Of a stretch of 50,479 nucleotides of DNA, positions 17,291-25,003 are shown piece after piece (within the stretch, counting starts at the first letter, position 1; each line of letters starts with the position of its first letter). Under the pieces are notes generated by a model, which saw only the letters and a program-made list of their open reading frames with translations, was not told the origin of the DNA and did not search any database. The DNA is from an uncultured Actinomycetota bacterium (lineage in GTDB: Bacteria; Actinomycetota; Nitriliruptoria; Nitriliruptorales; Nitriliruptoraceae). The stretch covers positions 1-50,479 of the forward strand of contig CAYMGL010000001.1 in NCBI GenBank assembly GCA_964389945.1. Direction: 5' to 3'. The position numbers and the translations under genes were made by a program.

Positions 17291-18475
17291 TCACGCCCGG
17301 TCGGGCGCGGTCCGCGGCAGGAACCAGGACGCCACCGCCCCGAGCGTCGCCATGGTGGCCGACAGCACGAACACCACGGTGAAGGCCCCGGTCAGGTCCG
17401 CGAGCAGGCCGCCCAGCTGGGGGGCACTGACCTGGGCGACGCCGAACGCCAGGGTCGCCACGGCGTAGCGCGGGCCGTAGGTGGTCGCGTCGGAGTGCTG
17501 GACGATGTAGACGGCGATGACCGACGGCACGCCGCTGAACATGGTGCCGAGCAGGAACGCACCGGCGTACACGACCGGCACGACGCCGGTGAGGATCGCC
17601 AGCCCGGCCGCCGCGATGCCCATGAAGCCGACGATCAGCACCCGTCGCGGGCCGATCCGGTCGGTCAGCCACCCCAGTGCCACACCGCCGACGATGCCGG
17701 CCAGGCCCGACACCGCGAACGCCGACGAGGCCGCCGCCTCCGTGAAGCCGGCGTCGTCCTCGAGCCGCGCGGTGAGGTAGGTCAGGGCGAGCAGGTAGCT
17801 GAGCCCGAACGCGGCGTAGGCCGCCGTCAGGGCACGCCAGCCCGCCATCGTCCGCAGCACCGCGAACCCGCTGCCGGAGCGGGACGGGACCGGGTCGTCC
17901 TGCGGTCGCAGGAGCGCCACGATCGCGAGCGCGGCGGCCAGGCCGATCACCGCCTCCAGCCGGTAGACGTCCTGCCACGCCTCGTCCCCCAGCCGGTCGC
18001 GCAACACCGTCGCCAGCTGCCCTGCGGCAACGATGCCGAGCCCGATCCCGGCGCCGATCAGCCCGACCGCGACGCCGCGCCGTGCCTCGGGCACCGCGGC
18101 CGCCGCCAGCGCCGGCGACGGGATCCAGATGCAGGCGCCGCCGAGGCCGAGCACGACCAGCGCGGCGGCGAGGGCCACTCCCCCGGGCGCGACGCTGGCG
18201 GCCGCGAGGCCGACGACCGCGAGCGCCATGCCGACCCGCAGCAGGGTGACCAGCCGCAGGCGGGCGGTGGCCCGGATCACCAGGAGCGTGCCGACGAGGT
18301 AGGCCGCGACGTTGACGGTCCCGAGGAACCCGGCCAGCGAGTTCGACAGCCCGAGGTCGTCGCGGACCGCGGGCAGCAGCACGCTGTAGGTGAAGCGGCC
18401 GAACGCCTGCGCGACCGTGGCCGCCAGCGCCACGAGGGCGACGGCGACCCATCCCCGCACGGTTGCACGCTGCAT
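17291..18475 (-). CDS. MFS transporter (YbfB/YjiJ-like)
   Basis: Start at internal ATG 18475 (MQRATVRGWVAVALVALA...). 12 hydrophobic segments. FGRFTYSVLLPAVRDDLGLS resembles the MFS_4 family. Confidence 0.8.
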   Translation of the reverse strand: MQRATVRGWVAVALVALAATVAQAFGRFTYSVLLPAVRDDLGLSNSLAGFLGTVNVAAYLVGTLLVIRATARLRLVTLLRVGMALAVVGLAAASVAPGGVALAAALVVLGLGGACIWIPSPALAAAAVPEARRGVAVGLIGAGIGLGIVAAGQLATVLRDRLGDEAWQDVYRLEAVIGLAAALAIVALLRPQDDPVPSRSGSGFAVLRTMAGWRALTAAYAAFGLSYLLALTYLTARLEDDAGFTEAAASSAFAVSGLAGIVGGVALGWLTDRIGPRRVLIVGFMGIAAAGLAILTGVVPVVYAGAFLLGTMFSGVPSVIAVYIVQHSDATTYGPRYAVATLAFGVAQVSAPQLGGLLADLTGAFTVVFVLSATMATLGAVASWFLPRTAPDRA

Positions 18476-18587
18476 CCGCGCGACCGTAGGCGCTCGCGAC
18501 CCCGGATCGTCGCACGGAACACCGCATGACGCGCCGTCGGTTCGACTAGCGTCCGCCCCCTGCACCGTCGTCCCTGGGAGGTGGCAG

Positions 18588-18974
18588 ATGGTCCGGATGC
18601 TGATCTCGGCGGCCCTGCACCTGGCGGCCAATGCCGTCGGGCTGTTCGTCGCCTCGCTGGTCCTGGACGGCATGTCGATCGACGTGCTGTCCTTCGTCGT
18701 CGCCGTGGTGATCTTCACGGTCGTCGAGGTCGTGACGCGGCCCTACTTCACGTCACTGGCGCTGAAGGGCGCCTCGTACCTGCAGGGAGCGACGGCGCTG
18801 GCCGCGACGCTGGCGGGGCTGGTCATCACGACGCTCATCTCCGACGGCCTGCAGATGGAGGGCATCGCCACGTGGGTGTGGGCAACGCTCATCGTCTGGG
18901 CCGCGGCACTCCTCGCAGCGATCGTGCTGCCGCTGCTGTTCGTCAAGAACCGGCTGGAGGAGCGCGAGTCCTGA
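18588..18974 (+). CDS. 4-TM membrane protein, phage-holin-superfamily-IV-like (PF04020-like)
   Basis: GGGAGGTGG upstream of ATG 18588; 128 aa with four hydrophobic segments and a charged C-terminus KNRLEERES. Confidence 0.6.
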   Translation: MVRMLISAALHLAANAVGLFVASLVLDGMSIDVLSFVVAVVIFTVVEVVTRPYFTSLALKGASYLQGATALAATLAGLVITTLISDGLQMEGIATWVWATLIVWAAALLAAIVLPLLFVKNRLEERES

Positions 18975-19550
18975 CCCGGTCCGACCGACGCCGCCGAGCA
19001 CGATCGCGACGACGGTGAACGACAGGCCGGCCGATGCCACCGACGGCCACGACACGAACGGGTCACCCGTCGTGAAGCCGTAGGCGGCCCACGCGACGTT
19101 CGTCGTGCCGTTGCCGACCCACGCACCCAGGGAGATGCCGGAGCGGTCCGTCGCGAGCGCCGCTCGGACGAGCTGCGGGAGCAGCCGGCCGATGACCAGG
19201 ACCGTCCCGGCGGCGCCGAGCAGCCACGCCTCGCCCGCGACCAGCGCCCCACACCAGACCAGCACCGGACCGACCAGGTACGGCGTCAGCCGCGTCACGG
19301 GCACGGGGACGCTGCGCACGATGGCCGTCACGAGCGCGCCGCCGACGGCCAGCACGAGCAGGTTGATGACGATCACCGTCGGCTCGCGCATCGCGACCCC
19401 GTAGCCCAGCCACACCAGGGTCGACGCCACGAGCCCGAACCACGTCGACGGCGCCAGGCCCGCGGTCCCGACACGCCGGACGGTCCGCAGCTGGAGCAGC
19501 AGCGACCCGACGGTGATGACGAGCAGGAGGGCGCTGAGTGCGTGCCCCAT
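18753..19550 (-). CDS. 7-TM SWEET/PQ-loop-like membrane protein (3+1+3 arrangement)
   Basis: Start ATG 19550 (MGHALSALLLV). It has two internal repeats. Repeat 1: LLLQLRTVRR..GLAPSTWFGLVASTLVWLGYGV..TVIVIN. Repeat 2: LLPQLVRA..GISLGAWVGNGTTNVAWAAYGF. A bridging TM joins them. The last ~77 codons are hydrophilic and antisense to the holin-like gene. Confidence 0.55.
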   Translation of the reverse strand: MGHALSALLLVITVGSLLLQLRTVRRVGTAGLAPSTWFGLVASTLVWLGYGVAMREPTVIVINLLVLAVGGALVTAIVRSVPVPVTRLTPYLVGPVLVWCGALVAGEAWLLGAAGTVLVIGRLLPQLVRAALATDRSGISLGAWVGNGTTNVAWAAYGFTTGDPFVSWPSVASAGLSFTVVAIVLGGVGRTGSGLALLQPVLDEQQRQHDRCEECRGPDDERCPHPRGDALHLQAVGDERRDDQPRQRRGQRRRSLQVRGALQRQ

Positions 19551-19768
19551 CTGGCGGCTCGATCCGGGAGGAGGTGTGTGAGGATCGCGGGACTGTGCCG
19601 TGCGGTGGACCCGGGTGGGTGGATCCACGACGGGTCCACTTCGCCGGGCCCTAGGTCCTCCACCACGGCGGCGCTGGGCCCTGCCGGACCGCGGGCCGAT
19701 CGGCGATGGTCGCAGGTGCGGCGCGATCGCTTCCGTGCCGCCCGACCCACCGACCCCGGGAGTCCTCC

Positions 19769-20101
19769 ATGCCCGCCATCGTCGCTGCCAACCTCCGTCT
19801 CGGCCACGGCTTCGCGGCCGACGAGCGCGACCACGTCGTCGAGCTCCTCGGCCGGCTCGACGAGCGCCTGCGCTCCTTCGCCGCCAACCACATCGAGCTC
19901 GAGATCGCCGTCAAGGAACGGGACACCGCCAGCCAGCGCACCACACTGGAGGCGAAGCTCGGTGGGCTGCAGCGGCTGGTGGCGACGTCCGACCACGAGG
20001 CGATCGACGGCGCCGTCCTCGAGGTCCGCGACGACCTGATCCGGCAGATCAGCGACCGCAAGCACCGCTCGGAGCCGATGAACAACCACCAGCTGCGGTG
20101 A
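19769..20101 (+). CDS. short HPF/RaiA-family ribosome-associated protein
   Basis: ELEIAVKERDTASQRTTLEAKLGG..LVATSDHEAIDGAVLEVRDDLIRQISDRKHR parallels the beta-sheet/AIDG...L.RQL.K.K pattern of E. coli HPF (recalled). Start at ATG 19769. Confidence 0.55.
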   Translation: MPAIVAANLRLGHGFAADERDHVVELLGRLDERLRSFAANHIELEIAVKERDTASQRTTLEAKLGGLQRLVATSDHEAIDGAVLEVRDDLIRQISDRKHRSEPMNNHQLR

Positions 20102-20104
20102 CCG

Positions 20105-21355
20105 TCAGGCCGCGATGCGTCCGACCGCGTCGTGGATCCTGCCGTTCAGCCGCAGCAGCCGGCTGTCGGCGATGGGCGTGGTGCCCGATCCCAGCCGGTT
20201 CGTGACGAACGCGACCGCGAGTCCCGACATCGGGTCGGCCCACGCCCCGCTGCCGCCGTAGCCGTAGTGGCCGAACGCGGTCCGCGACGCCCCGCTGGTG
20301 GTGAACGCCTGGTGGTAGCCGAGGCGCCAGTGCATCCGGATGCCGAGCACGGCGTCGCGCCCCTTCACCACGCGCCGCAGGGCGCGCTGCACGGTGGCCG
20401 CGTCCAGCAACCGGACCCCGTCGAGGATCCCGCCGTTGGCGAGCGTCGCGTAGAGCCGGGCGAGGCTGCGGGCGGTGAAGCAGCCGTTGACCGCCGGCAT
20501 CTGCGCGTGCAGCGCCGGGTGCTCCGGCTCGGCGAGCAGCTCGTCGAAGTCCTCGACGTACAGCGCGTCCGCGACCCGCCCCACGGCCGGGACCAGGCTC
20601 AGCCGACTGCCCAGCAGCGAGGCGAGCCCGAGGCCGTGGTCGTGCAGCTGGGCGATGCGGGCGGCCGTCTCGTGGTCGTCGGGGTCGACCCCGAGGTGGA
20701 GCCCGTCGACGCCGAGCGGCTCGGCGAGCTCCTTGCGGAACAGGTCACGCATGTCCTCACCCGTCACCGCTCGCGCCAGGCCCGAGGCCAGCCAGCCGAA
20801 CGTGAAGCCGTGGTACGCCGACTGCGTGCCGGGCTCGATGGTGGGGGCGGCGTCGGCGAGCAGGTCCTCCATCAGCCGGTGGTCGAGCACGTCGGCGGGA
20901 CGGTTCACCAGGTGGCGGACGTCGTGGAGACCCGCACGGTGGGTCAACAGGTCGGTGACCGTGACGTCCTGCTTGCCGTTGGCCGCGAACGCGGGCCAGT
21001 GGTCGGCGACCGGCGCCCGGACGTCGATGAGGCCGCGGTCGACGAGTCGGTGGATGACGGTCGCGGCGACACCCTTCGTCGTCGAGAACGACAGGGCCAT
21101 CGTGTCGCGCTGCCAGGGCAGGTCCCCGTCGAGGTCGCGGGTCCCCGCCCACACGTCGACGACGGGCTCGCCGTGGAGGAGGACCGTCAGCGCGCCGCCG
21201 CCCGAGCCCGGCCGGCGGAACAGTCGGCGGAACTGCTCGGCCACGTCGAGGAAGGCCGGTTCCACGTCACCGTCGAAGTTGATGCGCTGCCTCCGTGCCG
21301 CGTCGGCGTCGATGGTGGCGCAACCGCGCCACGGACGCTGCAAAGCAGCACGCAC
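20105..21355 (-). CDS. serine hydrolase, beta-lactamase/EstB (class C-like) family
   Basis: SxxK motif in ALSFSTTKGVAA. Family-typical N-terminus (PAFLDVAEQFRRLF). GTG start at 21355; start uncertain. Confidence 0.85.
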   Translation of the reverse strand: MRAALQRPWRGCATIDADAARRQRINFDGDVEPAFLDVAEQFRRLFRRPGSGGGALTVLLHGEPVVDVWAGTRDLDGDLPWQRDTMALSFSTTKGVAATVIHRLVDRGLIDVRAPVADHWPAFAANGKQDVTVTDLLTHRAGLHDVRHLVNRPADVLDHRLMEDLLADAAPTIEPGTQSAYHGFTFGWLASGLARAVTGEDMRDLFRKELAEPLGVDGLHLGVDPDDHETAARIAQLHDHGLGLASLLGSRLSLVPAVGRVADALYVEDFDELLAEPEHPALHAQMPAVNGCFTARSLARLYATLANGGILDGVRLLDAATVQRALRRVVKGRDAVLGIRMHWRLGYHQAFTTSGASRTAFGHYGYGGSGAWADPMSGLAVAFVTNRLGSGTTPIADSRLLRLNGRIHDAVGRIAA

Positions 21356-21361
21356 GACGGT

Positions 21362-21442
21362 TCACACCGCGTCACTCCTTGTGACGACTCACATCGCGTC
21401 ACTCCTGGTGACGACTCACATCGCGTCACTCCTGGTGACGAC
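21362..21442. repeat. 3 x 27-nt perfect/near-perfect tandem repeat spanning the phaC stop codon
   Basis: Copies at 21362-21388, 21389-21415 and 21416-21442 of tcacatcgcgtcactcctggtgacgac. Copies 2 and 3 are identical; copy 1 has 2 mismatches. Each copy has an internal GTCAC-N5-GTGAC inverted repeat. Confidence 0.95.
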
Positions 21443-22495
21443 CCACTCGACCATCGTCGGGATCGTCACCGCGTGCGCCTGCCGGCCCACGAGCATGCCG
21501 ACGTGCCCCGCGTCGAACTGCACGTCCTCCGCGTGGGGCAGCAGGTCCATGACGGGGCGGCTGGCCTCGGCCGGCACGAGCCGGTCCCGGCGGCCCGTGA
21601 TGTGCTGGACCGGGCAGGTGATCGCCGCCACGTCCAGCCGGCCCCGCGCGGTCACGACGTCGTTGGCGACGAGTCGGTTGCCGCGCAGGAACAGGTCGAC
21701 GAACTGCTCGAACGTCGCGCCGGGGAACGGGATGTGGTCGTGGGCCCAGCCGTGCATCGCCTCGTGGGCGGTGACGTACCGCTCGTCGTGGAGGTTGGAC
21801 AGCAGGTTGGCGTAGGCCTGCAGGCTGCCGGTCACCCCGTTCGCGACGTTCAGCCCGCGCATGACGGTCGACGGCGGGACGTTGCCGGTCTCGTCCAGCA
21901 CGTCGTCCACCTCGACGACCTCGTTGCGCAGGAAGGCGGCCAGGCCGTCCATGCCGGAGAAGTCGACCGGCGTGGCCAGCAGCGACAGCGACCGCAGCGG
22001 CACCTCCGGGTGCGCCATCGCGAAGAGCATCGCGAGCATCCCGCCGATGCAGTAGCCGAACAGGTGCAGCTCGCGGGTGCCGCTGGTCCGCATCACGGCG
22101 GCGGACGCCAGGGGCAGCAGCTCGTCGACGTACGTCTCGAGCGTGTGCGACGACTCGGCCGCGTCCGGCACGCCCCAGTCCAGCATGTAGACGTCGAGAC
22201 CGGCGGCGAGCAGGTCCTCGACGAAGCTGTTGCCGGGCTGCAGGTCCAGGACGTACGGCTTGGAGACCAGGCTCATCACCAGCAGCACGGGCGGCTGCAG
22301 GGTGCGACGGTCGCTCTCGTAGCGCAGCAGCCGGGTCTTGCCCCGGCGCCACACGACCTCCGCCGGGGAGCAGCCGACCGCCGGCGGATCGGTGCCGGCG
22401 AGGTGCTGCAGCCCGTGGCGGGCGCGCCGGGCGGTCCGGCCGAGCCCCTCGCGCACGCGGCCGGTGAGGTCGGACGGTCGCGGGACCTCGGGCAT
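21416..22495 (-). CDS. phaC: class III poly(R)-hydroxyalkanoate synthase catalytic subunit
   Basis: 359 aa from ATG 22495. Lipase-box variant GYCIGG with active-site Cys, later RDRLVP (Asp) and AGHVGM (His). Overall colinear with class III PhaC as recalled (LLVMSLVSKPYVLDL..., YMLDWG). Confidence 0.85.
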   Translation of the reverse strand: MPEVPRPSDLTGRVREGLGRTARRARHGLQHLAGTDPPAVGCSPAEVVWRRGKTRLLRYESDRRTLQPPVLLVMSLVSKPYVLDLQPGNSFVEDLLAAGLDVYMLDWGVPDAAESSHTLETYVDELLPLASAAVMRTSGTRELHLFGYCIGGMLAMLFAMAHPEVPLRSLSLLATPVDFSGMDGLAAFLRNEVVEVDDVLDETGNVPPSTVMRGLNVANGVTGSLQAYANLLSNLHDERYVTAHEAMHGWAHDHIPFPGATFEQFVDLFLRGNRLVANDVVTARGRLDVAAITCPVQHITGRRDRLVPAEASRPVMDLLPHAEDVQFDAGHVGMLVGRQAHAVTIPTMVEWVVTRSDAM

Positions 22496-22821
22496 CACTC
22501 GGACGACCCGCCGTCGGACTGCTGCTCGTCGGCGAGTTCGTCGAGGAAGGCCTGCAGCTCCCGGTCCGTCAACTGCTGGCGCAGACCGGCGACCTCCTGC
22601 TCGAGGCGCGCGATGTGGTCGAGGAGCCGGTTGACGTCGCTGCCGGCCGGCAGGTTCACGGCGTGCAGGATGCGTCGCGAGGTGCGTTCGACCCGCCGCC
22701 CCACGGCACCGCGCGCCCGGTGGAGCAGTGCCGCCACCGCCATCACGTCGTCGTTGCGTGCGAGCTCGTCGACCGAGGGCGACACACGCGCGTCGAGGGC
22801 GTCGAACAGTCGCTTGAACAT
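22495..22821 (-). CDS. small PhaE-/phasin-like PHA-associated coiled-coil protein (108 aa)
   Basis: GGGAGG upstream of ATG 22821. TGATG overlap with the phaC start. NLPAGSDVNRLLDHIARLEQEVAGLRQQL resembles the conserved C-terminal motif of PhaE/phasin proteins; acidic tail. Confidence 0.5.
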   Translation of the reverse strand: MFKRLFDALDARVSPSVDELARNDDVMAVAALLHRARGAVGRRVERTSRRILHAVNLPAGSDVNRLLDHIARLEQEVAGLRQQLTDRELQAFLDELADEQQSDGGSSE

Positions 22822-22885
22822 GTCGTGCCTCCCGCTGCACCCGTCCAGTGTGGTCGCCGGCCGATCGCGGTGCCACGGCCGGCCG

Positions 22886-24481
22886 TCACAGCAGCGCAGC
22901 GATGGCCTGACCGAGGAGGATCTTGCCGACCATCGCCACCGGGAACACCGTCGCGTACCCGAGGAGCGCGTCCTGCCCGGCGGCGCGGTCCTCGGCCAGC
23001 GCGAGGGCGGCGGGCTGCGAGGCGATGCCGGCGACCAGGCCCGCCAGCGCCGAGGGTCGGTCGTGCACGCGGCCGAGCGACCCGAGCGCACGCCCCTGCA
23101 GGACCAGCGTCGCCGCCACCGGCAGGGTGATGGCGACCACGCCGATGACCAGCACCTGGAGCAGCAGGGGCGAGCCGAGCGCGTCCACGAACGCCGGGCC
23201 GGCCCGCGTTCCGACGCCGGCCAGGAACAGCACCAGGCCGAGCTGGCGCAGGGTCACCGAGGCGCTCTGCGGGACCTGCCACAGCAGCGGGCCGGTGCGC
23301 ACGAGCGCGCCCAGCACGAGACCCGCGACCAGTGGCCCACCGGCGAACCCGAGCTGCAGCGTCACCGGCCCGAGTGGGAGTGGGACCGTCCCGAGCAGGA
23401 TCCCGAGGACCACGCCGAGCCCGAACGTCAGGACGTCGACCTCGCTGGTGCGGCGGACCTCGTCACCCAGCTCCGCGGCCACTTCCTCGAGTCGGTCGGT
23501 CGGCGCGACCAGCGTGACCCGGTCCCCCAGCTGCAGGACGTCGTCGTCGGCCGCGAGCCACTCGACGTCGCCGCGGGCCACACGGGTGATCGTCGCGCCA
23601 CGCTGGGCCTGGAGGCGGAGGTCACCGATCGTGCGGCCCACCACACCGCGCTCGGTGACCCAGACCCGGCGGAAGTCGAGGTTGCGGCGGTCCTCGAAGG
23701 CGTCGGCACGCCGTGCGCCCCCGGCCCGGCGCGCGACCTCGTCGACCGCCTCGGGGGCGCCGAGGAGGGTCACGGTCCAGCCCTCGCGCAGCGCAGTGTC
23801 CGGCGTCGCGACCCGGTCGTCCTCGGGCGCGACGTCCGCCGGTCCCTGCCGCACCCGCACCACGGTGACCTGCGCGTGCTCCTCGCCCAGCAGCGCGGCG
23901 ACGTCGTCGACGTCCCGCGCGAGCGTCACGGTGACGCGGGTCAGCTCCGCGGCGCCGTCGCCGGCGCCCCGGACGGCCCGGGCGGTGGCGACCAGCGTCA
24001 CCGCCATCCCGAGCGGGTACGTGATCGAGAACGCCACGACCGCTGCGTCACCGCCCGCGGCGCCGAGGGTGTCGACCACCGTGGCGAGCGTCGGCGTGTT
24101 GGTGAGCGCACCGGCGAACGCGCCGGCCGCGGCCGCGCCGTCGACGCCGAGGACGGCCGCCGCGCCCACGACGGCGGCCGCGGTGACGGTGAGGACCGCT
24201 GCGGCCCCTGCGACCACACGGCCACCGCCACCTCGCAGGACGTGGCGCAGCGACGGGCCGGACGCGAGCCCGACGGCGTAGACGAAGATCGACAGGCCGA
24301 GGACCACCACGAGCTCGGGCAGGGCCGCCTCGGGCACGAGGGCGGACAGCGCCAGACCGGCGAAGACGACCGCTGCGACGCCGAGCGCCACGCCCCGGAC
24401 GCGGACACGGCCGAGCAGCGAGCCCAACGCCGCCACGAGGAAGAGCGTCAGGACCGGTTCGTCGGCCAGGAGTGTGGACAT
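22886..24481 (-). CDS. AAE (aspartate:alanine exchanger, YidE/YbjL-like) family transporter with two central TrkA-C/RCK_C domains
   Basis: Start ATG 24481 (MSTLLADEPVLTLFLVAALGSLLGR). Hydrophobic N- and C-terminal halves. Central soluble repeats, e.g. GRTIGDLRLQAQRGATITRVARGD...LQLGDRVTLVAP. Confidence 0.8.
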   Translation of the reverse strand: MSTLLADEPVLTLFLVAALGSLLGRVRVRGVALGVAAVVFAGLALSALVPEAALPELVVVLGLSIFVYAVGLASGPSLRHVLRGGGGRVVAGAAAVLTVTAAAVVGAAAVLGVDGAAAAGAFAGALTNTPTLATVVDTLGAAGGDAAVVAFSITYPLGMAVTLVATARAVRGAGDGAAELTRVTVTLARDVDDVAALLGEEHAQVTVVRVRQGPADVAPEDDRVATPDTALREGWTVTLLGAPEAVDEVARRAGGARRADAFEDRRNLDFRRVWVTERGVVGRTIGDLRLQAQRGATITRVARGDVEWLAADDDVLQLGDRVTLVAPTDRLEEVAAELGDEVRRTSEVDVLTFGLGVVLGILLGTVPLPLGPVTLQLGFAGGPLVAGLVLGALVRTGPLLWQVPQSASVTLRQLGLVLFLAGVGTRAGPAFVDALGSPLLLQVLVIGVVAITLPVAATLVLQGRALGSLGRVHDRPSALAGLVAGIASQPAALALAEDRAAGQDALLGYATVFPVAMVGKILLGQAIAALL

Positions 24482-24531
24482 GGGGGCAGTGAACCGTGGC
24501 ACGCTCGCGGCACACCGACGAGGAGCAGCCA

Positions 24532-24963
24532 GTGTCCGACCGCCCCGACATCCCCCGCTTCCACCTCGCCGTGCCGGTGGACGACCTCGACGCATCGCGG
24601 CGGTTCTACGGCGAGGTCCTGGGGCTCGAGGAGGGTCGCAGCGACGAGCGGTGGATCGACTGGAACCTCTTCGGCCACCAGTTCGTCACCCACCTCGTCG
24701 ACGACCACCCGGGGCCGGCCGCCCACAACGCGGTCGACGGCCACGCCGTGCCGGTGCCCCACTTCGGCGTGCTGCTGACGGTGGAGGACTTCCACGAACT
24801 CGCCGGACGGCTCCGCGACGTCGACACCGACTTCGTCATCGCGCCCTACCTGCGGTTCGCCGGCGAGCCGGGCGAGCAGTGGACGATGTTCTTCACCGAC
24901 CCCGCCGGCAACGCGATCGAGTGCAAGGCGTTCGCGGACGACGCCCAGGTCTTCGCCACCTGA
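24532..24963 (+). CDS. VOC family protein (glyoxalase/bleomycin-resistance/dioxygenase fold)
   Basis: AGGAG 6 nt upstream of GTG 24532. [26 protein letters not shown] and [10 protein letters not shown] motifs. Confidence 0.75.
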   Translation: MSDRPDIPRFHLAVPVDDLDASRRFYGEVLGLEEGRSDERWIDWNLFGHQFVTHLVDDHPGPAAHNAVDGHAVPVPHFGVLLTVEDFHELAGRLRDVDTDFVIAPYLRFAGEPGEQWTMFFTDPAGNAIECKAFADDAQVFAT

Positions 24964-25003
24964 CGGCGCCGTTACCGTCGGCCCGCCCCGCCGAGGACGG
25001 ACG

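Noticed and set aside
21362-21442. 27-nt repeats as a possible CRISPR array
   Set aside because: The copies are directly adjacent with no spacers. There are only three units, they are in frame with and include the phaC stop codon, and no cas genes occur in the window.
20132-24778. 1548-aa plus-strand ORF spanning about 4.6 kb
   Set aside because: The translation is Arg/Gly/Pro/Asp/His-rich with no recognisable motif. It is antisense to four minus-strand genes with clear family signatures (serine hydrolase, phaC, phaE-like, AAE transporter). It is a typical stop-free antisense frame of very GC-rich coding DNA.
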